Shown one piece after another: positions 39,249-47,354 of a stretch of 64,000 bases of DNA (positions within the stretch are counted from its first letter, which is position 1; every line of letters starts with the position of its first letter). Location of the stretch: NCBI GenBank assembly GCA_902628645.1, contig CACONS010000006.1, forward strand, positions 1,731 through 65,730, in the 5' to 3' direction. A program made the translations under genes and the position numbers. The stretch is from an uncultured Alphaproteobacteria bacterium. GTDB lineage: Bacteria; Pseudomonadota; Alphaproteobacteria; HIMB59; GCA-002718135. The notes under the pieces are model-generated. The model searched no databases, was not told where the DNA came from, and saw nothing but the letters and a program-made list of their open reading frames with translations.

Positions 39249-40841
39249 TTATTTAAGTAAAAGATCAGCAGCTCTTTCAGCCATCATAACAACATTAGCA
39301 TTAAGATTTGCACTCACAATATCAGGCATTATAGATGCATCAATTACTCTTAGATTCTGAATACCGTGAACCTTGGTATCTTGATCTACTACAGCATCCT
39401 TATCAAATCCCATTTTGTTTGAACATGATGGATGATAAGCAGACTCTGCAGTATTTCGTATAATTTCATCTAACTCTTCTTGAGTGGATATGTTTTTTCC
39501 TGGCCTTAATTCATAATCTACATATTCAGATAATGATTTTTGAGAGCAAATATTTTGAATAATTTTTACACTTTCACGCATTTGGTCTAAATCATCTTCG
39601 TGTTTCAAATAATTAAATTTAATTTCTGGATGTTCTATAAAATCTTTAGATGATATTTTGACATAACCTCTACTTTTGGGTCTATTAGGACAGGCATGAA
39701 ATTGAAAAGCATCAAACTTAGGATTTTCTAATCCATGATTAATTACAAGAGAAGGAAAAAAATGAAATTGAAGATTTGGATGTATATACTTATTATTTGA
39801 TTTTACAAAACCACCAAATTCTAAATGAGAATGAGAAAGCTTTCCTTTTTTAAATAAAAACCATTTAGCCCCTTCAGCGACTTGAGATATTAAATTAGTA
39901 GATAGATTGTAAAGTGTTTCTTTTTGTTTAGATTTATACTGTATATAAATTTCTAAATGATCCTGGAGATTTTTTCCGACTCCGCTTAAATTATGGATTA
40001 TCTCTATTCCTAAATCTTTTAAGTGGTCTCCATCACCAATACCTGAAAGTTGTAAAATTTTAGGCGAGTTAATAGACCCAGCACATAAAATTATTTCTTT
40101 ATTGCAAAAATATTTTTCATTTTTGTTATTTCGAATAATTTCTATTCCAATAGCTGTTTTATTTTTAAACAATATTTTCTTTACATAAGTATTTTTAATT
40201 ATTTTTAGATTTTTTCTTTTCTTAATTGGGTCTAGATATGCCTTAGCTACACTTTGCCTAACTCCTCCATCAATTGATACATCAAAAGTTCCAAAACCCT
40301 CATTATCATTACTATTAGAGTCATTGAATGATTTAAACCCTGCTTCTCTGGAAGCTTTTGAAACTGCATCAAATAACGGGAATTTCTTATCAATTATTGA
40401 TTTGTTAATCTTTAATGGACCGTCTGTCCCTCTAAAACTGTTTTTACCAGACCATGTTTCAGATTTTTTAAAGAAAGGGAGTACTTTGTCATAACTCCAT
40501 TTATCTAAACCATATGAAGCCCATCTATTAAAGTCTTCTTTGTGACCTCTAGCAAAAACCATTCCATTATGTGAAGAACATCCACCAATCATTTTACCTC
40601 TGGGGCAATACAATCTTCTGTTATTCAGATAAGGTTCAGGCTCAGAATAATACTTCCAATTATACTTTTCATCATGCATTACATACAAAAGTGCACTTGG
40701 CATATCGACTTTCCATGTATTATTTGATGGTCCTGCTTCAAATACACTAACTGTGTTTTTAGAGTGTGATGATAATCTATTGGCTAAAACACATCCAGCT
40801 GATCCTGCTCCAATTATTATATAATCAGCTTGGTTATTCAC
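39249..40841 (-). CDS. GMC-family flavoprotein, choline dehydrogenase (BetA)-like
   Basis: DYIIIGAGSAGCVLANRL, YNWKYYSEPEPYLNNRRLYCPRGK, NLQDHLEIYIQY, PNLQFHFFP, RPKSRGYVKI and AYHPSCSNKMG are colinear with remembered E. coli BetA. Confidence 0.8.
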   Translation of the reverse strand: MNNQADYIIIGAGSAGCVLANRLSSHSKNTVSVFEAGPSNNTWKVDMPSALLYVMHDEKYNWKYYSEPEPYLNNRRLYCPRGKMIGGCSSHNGMVFARGHKEDFNRWASYGLDKWSYDKVLPFFKKSETWSGKNSFRGTDGPLKINKSIIDKKFPLFDAVSKASREAGFKSFNDSNSNDNEGFGTFDVSIDGGVRQSVAKAYLDPIKKRKNLKIIKNTYVKKILFKNKTAIGIEIIRNNKNEKYFCNKEIILCAGSINSPKILQLSGIGDGDHLKDLGIEIIHNLSGVGKNLQDHLEIYIQYKSKQKETLYNLSTNLISQVAEGAKWFLFKKGKLSHSHLEFGGFVKSNNKYIHPNLQFHFFPSLVINHGLENPKFDAFQFHACPNRPKSRGYVKISSKDFIEHPEIKFNYLKHEDDLDQMRESVKIIQNICSQKSLSEYVDYELRPGKNISTQEELDEIIRNTAESAYHPSCSNKMGFDKDAVVDQDTKVHGIQNLRVIDASIMPDIVSANLNANVVMMAERAADLLLK

Positions 40842-41623
40842 TAGTTCATTCTTTCAGTATTCCCATCAACTGTCATAACTTGTCCTGAAACATTATGTGA
40901 AGCATCGCTTAATAAAAAAAGAGCCATTGATGCAATATCTTCTTTTTCAACAAATGTATTTAAAGAAACCATAGACTCTAAATCTTTTCTAACTTTTTTA
41001 TTTGAAGAATTTATTAATTTTGCTTTAGCACTTACAACTCTATCCATTCTATCTCCATTAACTGATCCAGGACAAATTGCATTAACTCTTATTTTGAATT
41101 TTCCAAGCTCCATTGCTAATGTTTTAGTCAAACCTATAATTGCCCATTTACTAGATGCATATGGGGAACGCTGAGCAAAACCATATAAACCTGCAGTTGA
41201 TGATAAATTTATTATTGATGCCTTCTTTGATTTTTTTAAAAATGGAATAGCATATTTACTAAAATAAAAATGCGAACTTAAATTGGTTTTTATTGTGTTA
41301 TCCCATTCATCTATGGAAATATTCTGAAGATACTTTGTGGGCCCTGCAATACCTATGTTATTTATTAATCCATCTATTTTCTTTAAGTTAGTTAGAGAAT
41401 TAAAATATTCTTTAATATCTTTTGGATTTGTACAGTCTAGGTGTTGAGCAAATATTTTATTACGATATTTTTTTTTTGAATTTATTTTCTCAATTTTTGA
41501 TTTATTTATATCAGATAAATATACATTACCACCTGAGCTAATTATTTTATTTGCTATAGCAAAACCTAAACCATCTGCACCAGCAGATATAACATAATTT
41601 TTTTTACTCAGATTGATTTTCAT
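40841..41623 (-). CDS. short-chain dehydrogenase/reductase (classical SDR)
   Basis: Gly-rich ISAGADGLG, NNIG, catalytic S...YASSK, and PG motifs. Its stop overlaps the betA-like start by 1 nt. Confidence 0.85.
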   Translation of the reverse strand: MKINLSKKNYVISAGADGLGFAIANKIISSGGNVYLSDINKSKIEKINSKKKYRNKIFAQHLDCTNPKDIKEYFNSLTNLKKIDGLINNIGIAGPTKYLQNISIDEWDNTIKTNLSSHFYFSKYAIPFLKKSKKASIINLSSTAGLYGFAQRSPYASSKWAIIGLTKTLAMELGKFKIRVNAICPGSVNGDRMDRVVSAKAKLINSSNKKVRKDLESMVSLNTFVEKEDIASMALFLLSDASHNVSGQVMTVDGNTERMN

Positions 41624-41890
41624 TTATTGAATATTATCTATCTCTTTTTTAGAAATATATCCAATAGTTTTACCTTTTTTGTCAGTAACTACTATTGTTA
41701 AGTTGTCTTCAAAAATTTTTTTTTTAAAATTTTTTAGTTTTATATTTTGATTTACTTTGTAAATAGAACCTAGTGTTAAATTATCTTTATTAAAATTGTT
41801 CTCACTTATCATTATATTTTGAGCTTCAATATTATCTATTCTATTTTCTTTGCTGGAAAAAATATTAAATAAAAATTTAAACATATTCAT
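41624..41890 (-). CDS. hypothetical 88-aa protein (possibly a single CBS-like motif)
   Basis: Abuts the SDR start with 0-nt spacing. The C-terminal ...LTIVVTDKKGKTIGYISKKEI resembles the end of a CBS motif. No firm homology. Confidence 0.35.
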   Translation of the reverse strand: MNMFKFLFNIFSSKENRIDNIEAQNIMISENNFNKDNLTLGSIYKVNQNIKLKNFKKKIFEDNLTIVVTDKKGKTIGYISKKEIDNIQ

Positions 41891-41909
41891 TATTTTAAAT
41901 ATAGATAGG

Positions 41910-43523
41910 CTAGGAAGATCTTTTATTCAAAAGATTGGTTAGCCAATCAGGATCCATTTCTGGGACCGAAGACAATAATAGTTCTGTATAATCAGGATAT
42001 GGTGGGTTTAAAATTTTACTTTTTAAACCTTGCTCTACTACCTCACCTTGATACATAACTACTATTTCATCTGAGATAGCTTTAACTGTTGCTATATCAT
42101 GGGTTATAAAAATGTAAGTTACACCAAGATCTTTTTGTAATTTTTGTAATAATCTTAATATTCCTTCTTGAACTATTTGATCAAGCGCTGATGTAACTTC
42201 ATCACAAATAATTAAATCTGGGTTAGCTGCTAGAGCTCTAGCAATACATATTCTCTGTTTTTGACCTCCAGATAATTCAGATGGCAATCTATCTAAAAAA
42301 GTTTCATCCAGCTCAATCATTTTTAATAACTCAATAACTTTAGATTCTCTTTCTTTACCTTTTATACCTTGATAAAATTCTATTGGTCTTCCTATTATTT
42401 CATCAACAGTTTGACGAGGATTCATTGCGGTATCTGGCATTTGAAAAATTATTTGAATTTTTCTTAATTCTTCTTTTGATCTTTGCTCAAGTTTTGGTGA
42501 TAATTTTTTTCCATCAAATATTATTTCTCCTTTTAATTGAGGAAGTAATCCTGTTATTACTCTTGCTGTTGTTGATTTTCCAGAACCACTTTCACCAACT
42601 ATAGCTACTGTTTTACCTTTAGGAATATCTATAGAAACATTGTGTAGAACCTTTGATGAACCATATGCTGCATCAATATTTTTTATTGAAAGAATATAAT
42701 CTTGATTTGTTTCTTCTGGTTTAATAAGCGATCTAACTGACCACAAAGATTTAGTATATTCCTCTTTTGGATTAGAAAGCATATCTCTTGTTTCTGCCTC
42801 TTCAACCTCTTCACCATATCGTAAAACTTTTATCCTATCGGCCATTTGTGCAACAACTGCTAAATCATGCGTAATGTAAATTGCAGCAGTATTAAATTTA
42901 TCTACTATAGATCTCATTGCAGATAAAACTTCTACTTGAGTGGTAACATCGAGAGCGGTTGTTGGTTCATCAAAAATTATTAGTTCTGGCCTTGGTGACA
43001 TAGCCATTGCAGTCATAATTCTTTGTAGTTGACCTCCAGATACTTGATGCGGGTATCTATCTCCTATATTTTCTGCATCTGGAAGCTGTAGCGATTCATA
43101 AAGTTGAACAGCATCCTTTTTTAGTACATCCGTTGGACTTATATTTAATCTGTTAGCAGCACTTATTGTTTGCTCCATTAATCTATGAGCAGGGTTAAAA
43201 GATGCTGCTGCTGATTGAGCAACATAAGAAATTTTAGTTCCCCAAATTTTTCTCTTTTCAAATTCAGTTAGTTTAGCAAGATCTATGCCGTTAAAATTGA
43301 TTTCTCCCTCTATAATCTTACAGCCTGGTTGGGTATAGCCCATTGCAGCTTTACCCATTGTTGATTTTCCAGCTCCACTCTCTCCTATTAATCCTAGTAT
43401 TTCACCTCTGTGTAAAGTCAAATCTACACCTTTTAAAATTTTATGCCATCTCTCGTCTGAAAATCCATCAATATGAATATTTTTCATTTCAAGCAGAAGT
43501 TCTTTTGATTTATTTGATGTCAT
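41910..43523 (-). CDS. fused double ATP-binding protein of a peptide/opine/nickel (PepT, DppD-DppF type) ABC importer
   Basis: Two full ABC cassettes: GESGAGKST/VSGGQLQR/IIFDEPTTALD and GESGSGKST/LSGGQKQR/ICDEVTSALD. Confidence 0.9.
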   Translation of the reverse strand: MTSNKSKELLLEMKNIHIDGFSDERWHKILKGVDLTLHRGEILGLIGESGAGKSTMGKAAMGYTQPGCKIIEGEINFNGIDLAKLTEFEKRKIWGTKISYVAQSAAASFNPAHRLMEQTISAANRLNISPTDVLKKDAVQLYESLQLPDAENIGDRYPHQVSGGQLQRIMTAMAMSPRPELIIFDEPTTALDVTTQVEVLSAMRSIVDKFNTAAIYITHDLAVVAQMADRIKVLRYGEEVEEAETRDMLSNPKEEYTKSLWSVRSLIKPEETNQDYILSIKNIDAAYGSSKVLHNVSIDIPKGKTVAIVGESGSGKSTTARVITGLLPQLKGEIIFDGKKLSPKLEQRSKEELRKIQIIFQMPDTAMNPRQTVDEIIGRPIEFYQGIKGKERESKVIELLKMIELDETFLDRLPSELSGGQKQRICIARALAANPDLIICDEVTSALDQIVQEGILRLLQKLQKDLGVTYIFITHDIATVKAISDEIVVMYQGEVVEQGLKSKILNPPYPDYTELLLSSVPEMDPDWLTNLLNKRSS

Positions 43524-44430
43524 CTTTTAATCCACTAGTAATGTAAAGATACCAATCAACAACAAAATTAATTGATACACAAAGTAAAGCAATTGCAGCA
43601 GCTGGAATTAATGGTGTTAAACCTGCTGTTATATCGTATTGAGCATATTGTATGAGTATTGCATTTTCTCTTACCATTGATGCCCAATCTGCAGAAGGCG
43701 GCTGGATTCCAATTCCTAAAAAACTTAAACTAGATATTGTAAAAATAATAAATATAAATCTTAAACCAAACTCAATAATTAATGGTGAAGCAATATTAGG
43801 AAGTATTTCTTTAAAAATAATATAAGATAAATTTTCGCCTCTTAATCTCGCAACTTCTACATATTCTAAAACAACCTGACCTACTGCAACTGATCTTGAT
43901 ATTCTAAAAAATCTAGTAGACTCTAAAATTCCTAAAATAATAATTAAATTAAAATTTGTAGGACCAAAAACTGATAGAAGAATAAAAGTAAAAATCATTA
44001 CAGGTATAGCCATAAGCGTGTCGACTACTCTACTTAATAGCTGATCTAAATACCTTCTATCTAAAGCAGCGATAATTCCAAATACTGTTCCAATTCCTAA
44101 AGCAATAAAAGTAGCCAATAAACAAATACCAATTGTATTTCTTGCAGCATAAATAATGCGAGAGAAAATATCTCTTCCAATTTGATCAGTACCAAATATG
44201 TGGCCATCACCCCAAGGAGCATAAGCAACTGGAAATATTTCTGCTTCTCCGTGTGGAGCAATTAAAGGAGCAAATATTGCAGCAAAAAAATATATAAATA
44301 GCACAAACATTCCGAACCAAGCAGATATTGGAGCTTTTGATAAAGCGATTTTCAATCTCTCTAATCGAGTTCTTCTTTTAATTAAATTAGCAACTTCACT
44401 TTTTGCAGAATAAGATAAATTTTCGCTCAT
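43510..44430 (-). CDS. ABC transporter permease (DppC/OppC-like)
   Basis: N-terminal PHGE...FGTDQIGRDIFSRIIYAARN segment typical of DppC-type permeases; 6 TM. Confidence 0.88.
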   Translation of the reverse strand: MSENLSYSAKSEVANLIKRRTRLERLKIALSKAPISAWFGMFVLFIYFFAAIFAPLIAPHGEAEIFPVAYAPWGDGHIFGTDQIGRDIFSRIIYAARNTIGICLLATFIALGIGTVFGIIAALDRRYLDQLLSRVVDTLMAIPVMIFTFILLSVFGPTNFNLIIILGILESTRFFRISRSVAVGQVVLEYVEVARLRGENLSYIIFKEILPNIASPLIIEFGLRFIFIIFTISSLSFLGIGIQPPSADWASMVRENAILIQYAQYDITAGLTPLIPAAAIALLCVSINFVVDWYLYITSGLKDDIK

Positions 44431-45389
44431 TTTGGATATAATAACCTCGGATTGGAGATAATACCGATCAAGTCAGCAATTAAGTTTAATATTACATATG
44501 TTGATGCAAAAATTAACGCGCATGCCTGTACAACAGGTAAATCTCGATTATACACTGAGCCAACCATCAACCTACCAATACCTTGATAATTAAAAACATA
44601 TTCAACAACAACTGAACCAATCAACATGTAAGCTAAATTTATTGCAATTACCTGAGAAATAGGTGCCCAAGCATTTGGAAGTGCATGCTTAACAATTACC
44701 TCATATCTTGAAGCACCTGATAATTTTGCCATTTCAATATATTCACTTGATAAAATATTTATTATAGCTGACCTTGTCATTCTCATCATGTGACCCATTG
44801 TAATTAATGTTAATGTGAAAACTGGAAGCGCGGTCCTATAAAATCTTTCAGCTAAAGATGTAGTTTCATCAACGTTAGAAATAGTTGGAAAAACTGGAAA
44901 CAAAGTCGCTAGTAGAAGAATAAAAATATATGCAGTAAAAAATTCTGGTGATGATACGGTTACTAAGCTGACTCCAGTTGCTGATCTATCATAATAAGAG
45001 TTTCTATATAAAGCTGCAGAAATACCTAAAATTAAAGACAGAGGAATAGCCAACATGGCGGCAACTCCTGTTAAAAATAAAGTATTCTTTAGCCTGGGAA
45101 TAATTAATCCAACAACTTCTCTCGATCTATCACCTTGATCTCCTTGTACTTTAGATCTTCCAGAAAAAGAGCTGCCAAAATCTCCTTGAAAAACATTCCC
45201 CAGCCAATCAAAATATCTTGTTACAGGAGGTTTATCTAAACCTAATTCTGCTCTCAGAGCTTTTACAGCAGATTTTGTAGCACTTTGTCCTAATATTTCT
45301 GTAGCAAAGTCTCCTGGTAAAAAAGAGAATGTGCTAAATATTATTACTGAGAATGCAAAAACCGTAATAAGTCCAAGACTGAGTCTCAA
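44427..45389 (-). CDS. ABC transporter permease (DppB/OppB-like); true start probably upstream at a non-canonical codon (see findings)
   Basis: FLPGDFA...LGLDKP motif typical of DppB-type permeases. The listed TTG start truncates the conserved N-terminal ...ILLRL... helix. Confidence 0.85.
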   Translation of the reverse strand: MRLSLGLITVFAFSVIIFSTFSFLPGDFATEILGQSATKSAVKALRAELGLDKPPVTRYFDWLGNVFQGDFGSSFSGRSKVQGDQGDRSREVVGLIIPRLKNTLFLTGVAAMLAIPLSLILGISAALYRNSYYDRSATGVSLVTVSSPEFFTAYIFILLLATLFPVFPTISNVDETTSLAERFYRTALPVFTLTLITMGHMMRMTRSAIINILSSEYIEMAKLSGASRYEVIVKHALPNAWAPISQVIAINLAYMLIGSVVVEYVFNYQGIGRLMVGSVYNRDLPVVQACALIFASTYVILNLIADLIGIISNPRLLYPK

Positions 45390-45413
45390 TAAAATTGTTC
45401 GAAATATTGGATG

Positions 45414-45425
45414 AATTCTAGAAAT
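45414..45425. promoter_or_regulatory. near-palindrome AATTCTAGAAAT in the divergent ABC promoter region
   Basis: Read directly. Pairs with the perfect palindrome at 45567-45580. Confidence 0.3.
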
Positions 45426-45566
45426 ATTTGCCTCCTTAAAGATACAATCTTGATTATTAAAGTTTTGTATAAATTAGGTCAACATACAAGCTAAAATAAT
45501 AATTTATACGTTGAATTAAAACGTTATATATGTTTTTATATATTAACTTAAGTTTGTTTTTTGTTA

Positions 45567-45580
45567 AATTTCTAGAAATT
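45567..45580. promoter_or_regulatory. perfect 14-bp palindrome AATTTCTAGAAATT upstream of the binding-protein gene; candidate operator
   Basis: Read directly, 46 nt upstream of the ATG at 45626. Confidence 0.35.
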
Positions 45581-45582
45581 AT

Positions 45583-45607
45583 GAACAAAAATCTTAGGTT
45601 TTTGTTC
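45583..45607 (+). promoter_or_regulatory. 5' UTR stem-loop (9-bp stem GAACAAAAA/TTTTTGTTC, loop TCTTAGG) just upstream of the SD of the binding-protein gene
   Basis: Read directly. The SD AAGGGAGG lies at 45614-45621. Confidence 0.4.
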
Positions 45608-45625
45608 AATTATAAGGGAGGACAA

Positions 45626-47254
45626 ATGAAAAATAAGAAAATAGACAAATACATTGAGGAACAGTCTTCAAAGCTAACTAAAGGGCTTATTGATAGAAGA
45701 CAGTTCATGATGTCTGTCCTTGCTACTGGGGTTACGCTACCAATTGCATTATCATTAGCAGATAAAGCAGTTGCAGCTACACCAAAAAAAGGTGGACATT
45801 TAAGATGGGGTAATAGTGCAGCAGATGCTACAGATACTCTTGATCCGGCAACTTACCAGAGCTCATTTATGCAAGCTACTGCTTGGTCATATCAAAACTG
45901 TTTAACAGTTGTTGATTCAGACCATACTATTGTTGGAGAACTTGCAGAGTCCATTGAGTCTGATGATGCTCAAACTTGGGTATACAATCTTCGTAAAGGA
46001 GTTGAATTTCATAATGGTAAATCAATGACTGCAGAAGATGTTGTACTCAATTATCAGTATCACATGAATCCAGATACTGCTTCAGCAGCAGGAGGATTGT
46101 TATCTCAGATTGAAACAGTTTCTGCTGATGGAAATAATAGAGTTATTTTTAAGCTAAAAGGTGCAAATGCCGATTGGCCTGCAATAACTACTGACTATCA
46201 CATTATGATTAAACCAACAAAAGATGGAGTTGTTGATGCTCAATCAACTATTGGTACAGGTCCATACATTATGGATGAGTTTAATCCAGGTGTTGGCGCA
46301 AAATTTGGTAAAAGAAATCCAAATTATTTCAAAGGTGATAGTGTTGCACACTTTGATTCAGTTGAAGTAATCGGAATTAATGATCCTGCTACTAGACAAG
46401 CAGCATTATTAAACGGTGAAATCGATTGGATGAATGGTGTTGATCTTAGAACTGCAAATCTACTAACTAGAAATCCTAGTGTAGAAATAACAGCAGCTTC
46501 TGGATACGCTCACTATACAGCGCCAATGAGATTAAACGTTCCACCGTTTGATAACTTTGATGTTCGTATGGCTATGAAGTTTGCAATCAAAAGACAGGAA
46601 ATTGTTGATAAGATTATGCTTGGATATGGTACTGTTGGTAACGATCATCCGATCTCTACTGCTCACCCATACCACAACAGCGCTTTAGAGCAGAGAGAAT
46701 TCGATGCTGATAAAGCTGCTTATCACTGGAAAAAATCTGGTGTAAGTGGACCAATTGAAATTAGTACTTCAGAGGTTCCTTATGCAGGATGTACAGATGC
46801 AACTAACTTGATAGCAGCATCTGCTCAAGAATGTGGTATCGATCTTCGAGTTAAAAAAGAGCCTGAAGATGGTTACTGGAGTAACGTTTGGAACACTAAA
46901 GGTTTCAGTATGAGTTCTTGGGGTGGAAGACCTACAGAAGATATGATGTGGTCTGCAGCATTCACAGATGACACTGAGTGGAACGAAGCTGCTTGGGGTA
47001 ATCTAGTTCAAACTGATTCAACGGTTCGTTTCAATGAACTTGTTAGATCTGCTAGATCTGAACTTGATGCAGAAAAAAGAAAATCAATGTACTGGGAAGC
47101 ACAAGCTCTTTGTAACTACGATGGTGGTGCAATTGTTTATGCATTTAACCAATATGTTGGTGCTGGTTCTAAAAAACTTGCTCATGGTGAAGATGTTGCT
47201 GGTAACTGGGAAAGTGACGGTAACAAACTATCTGAACGTTGGTGGTTTGCATAA
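45626..47254 (+). CDS. TAT-signal periplasmic solute-binding protein, family 5 (DppA/OppA/opine type)
   Basis: SD AAGGGAGG lies 4 nt upstream of the ATG. Twin-arginine signal LIDRRQFMMSVLATGV...AVA|ATP. SBP_bac_5-like core (GGHLRWG..., LRKGVEFHNGK). GC and codon bias are markedly higher than in neighbouring genes. Confidence 0.88.
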   Translation: MKNKKIDKYIEEQSSKLTKGLIDRRQFMMSVLATGVTLPIALSLADKAVAATPKKGGHLRWGNSAADATDTLDPATYQSSFMQATAWSYQNCLTVVDSDHTIVGELAESIESDDAQTWVYNLRKGVEFHNGKSMTAEDVVLNYQYHMNPDTASAAGGLLSQIETVSADGNNRVIFKLKGANADWPAITTDYHIMIKPTKDGVVDAQSTIGTGPYIMDEFNPGVGAKFGKRNPNYFKGDSVAHFDSVEVIGINDPATRQAALLNGEIDWMNGVDLRTANLLTRNPSVEITAASGYAHYTAPMRLNVPPFDNFDVRMAMKFAIKRQEIVDKIMLGYGTVGNDHPISTAHPYHNSALEQREFDADKAAYHWKKSGVSGPIEISTSEVPYAGCTDATNLIAASAQECGIDLRVKKEPEDGYWSNVWNTKGFSMSSWGGRPTEDMMWSAAFTDDTEWNEAAWGNLVQTDSTVRFNELVRSARSELDAEKRKSMYWEAQALCNYDGGAIVYAFNQYVGAGSKKLAHGEDVAGNWESDGNKLSERWWFA

Positions 47255-47266
47255 AATTCAAATTTC

Positions 47267-47292
47267 AAGTGGCGCATTTAGCGCCACTTTCT
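47267..47292 (+). terminator. stem-loop terminator after the binding-protein gene
   Basis: AAGTGGCGC-ATTTA-GCGCCACTT (9-bp GC-rich stem) followed by TCT. The U-tract is weak. Confidence 0.6.
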
Positions 47293-47354
47293 AGATCCAA
47301 AAAGATTATCTCCTTCTTTGTTTACTAAAATTTAGCTTTTGATTAAATATTATT

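Noticed and set aside
45530-45625. N-terminal extension of the binding-protein ORF (MFLYINLSLFF...)
   Set aside because: The extension covers the operator palindrome, the leader hairpin and the SD. The ATG at 45626 has an ideal AAGGGAGG and gives a normal TAT signal peptide.
47034-47294. 86-aa plus-strand ORF in another frame of the binding-protein gene 3' end
   Set aside because: It is an out-of-frame overlap with a well-supported gene and runs through the terminator hairpin, so it is spurious.
47287-47296. Third TTTCTAGA copy after the SBP terminator, as a possible additional operator
   Set aside because: Only a half-palindrome is present, and the hexamer TCTAGA occurs repeatedly elsewhere in the window (for example near 8073, 9415 and 9558). 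It is not distinguishable from chance.
47255-47354. Possible SAM-II/SAM-V riboswitch upstream of the homocysteine S-methyltransferase gene (I recall such elements being reported upstream of methionine-metabolism genes in Pelagibacter)
   Set aside because: I could not fold the 100-nt spacer into the required H-type pseudoknot or find the conserved AAAGCU-type 3' strand pairing with a U-rich loop. Only a terminator-like hairpin and an AGCUUUU segment are visible. An Infernal scan with the Rfam SAM-II and SAM-V models is needed to decide.
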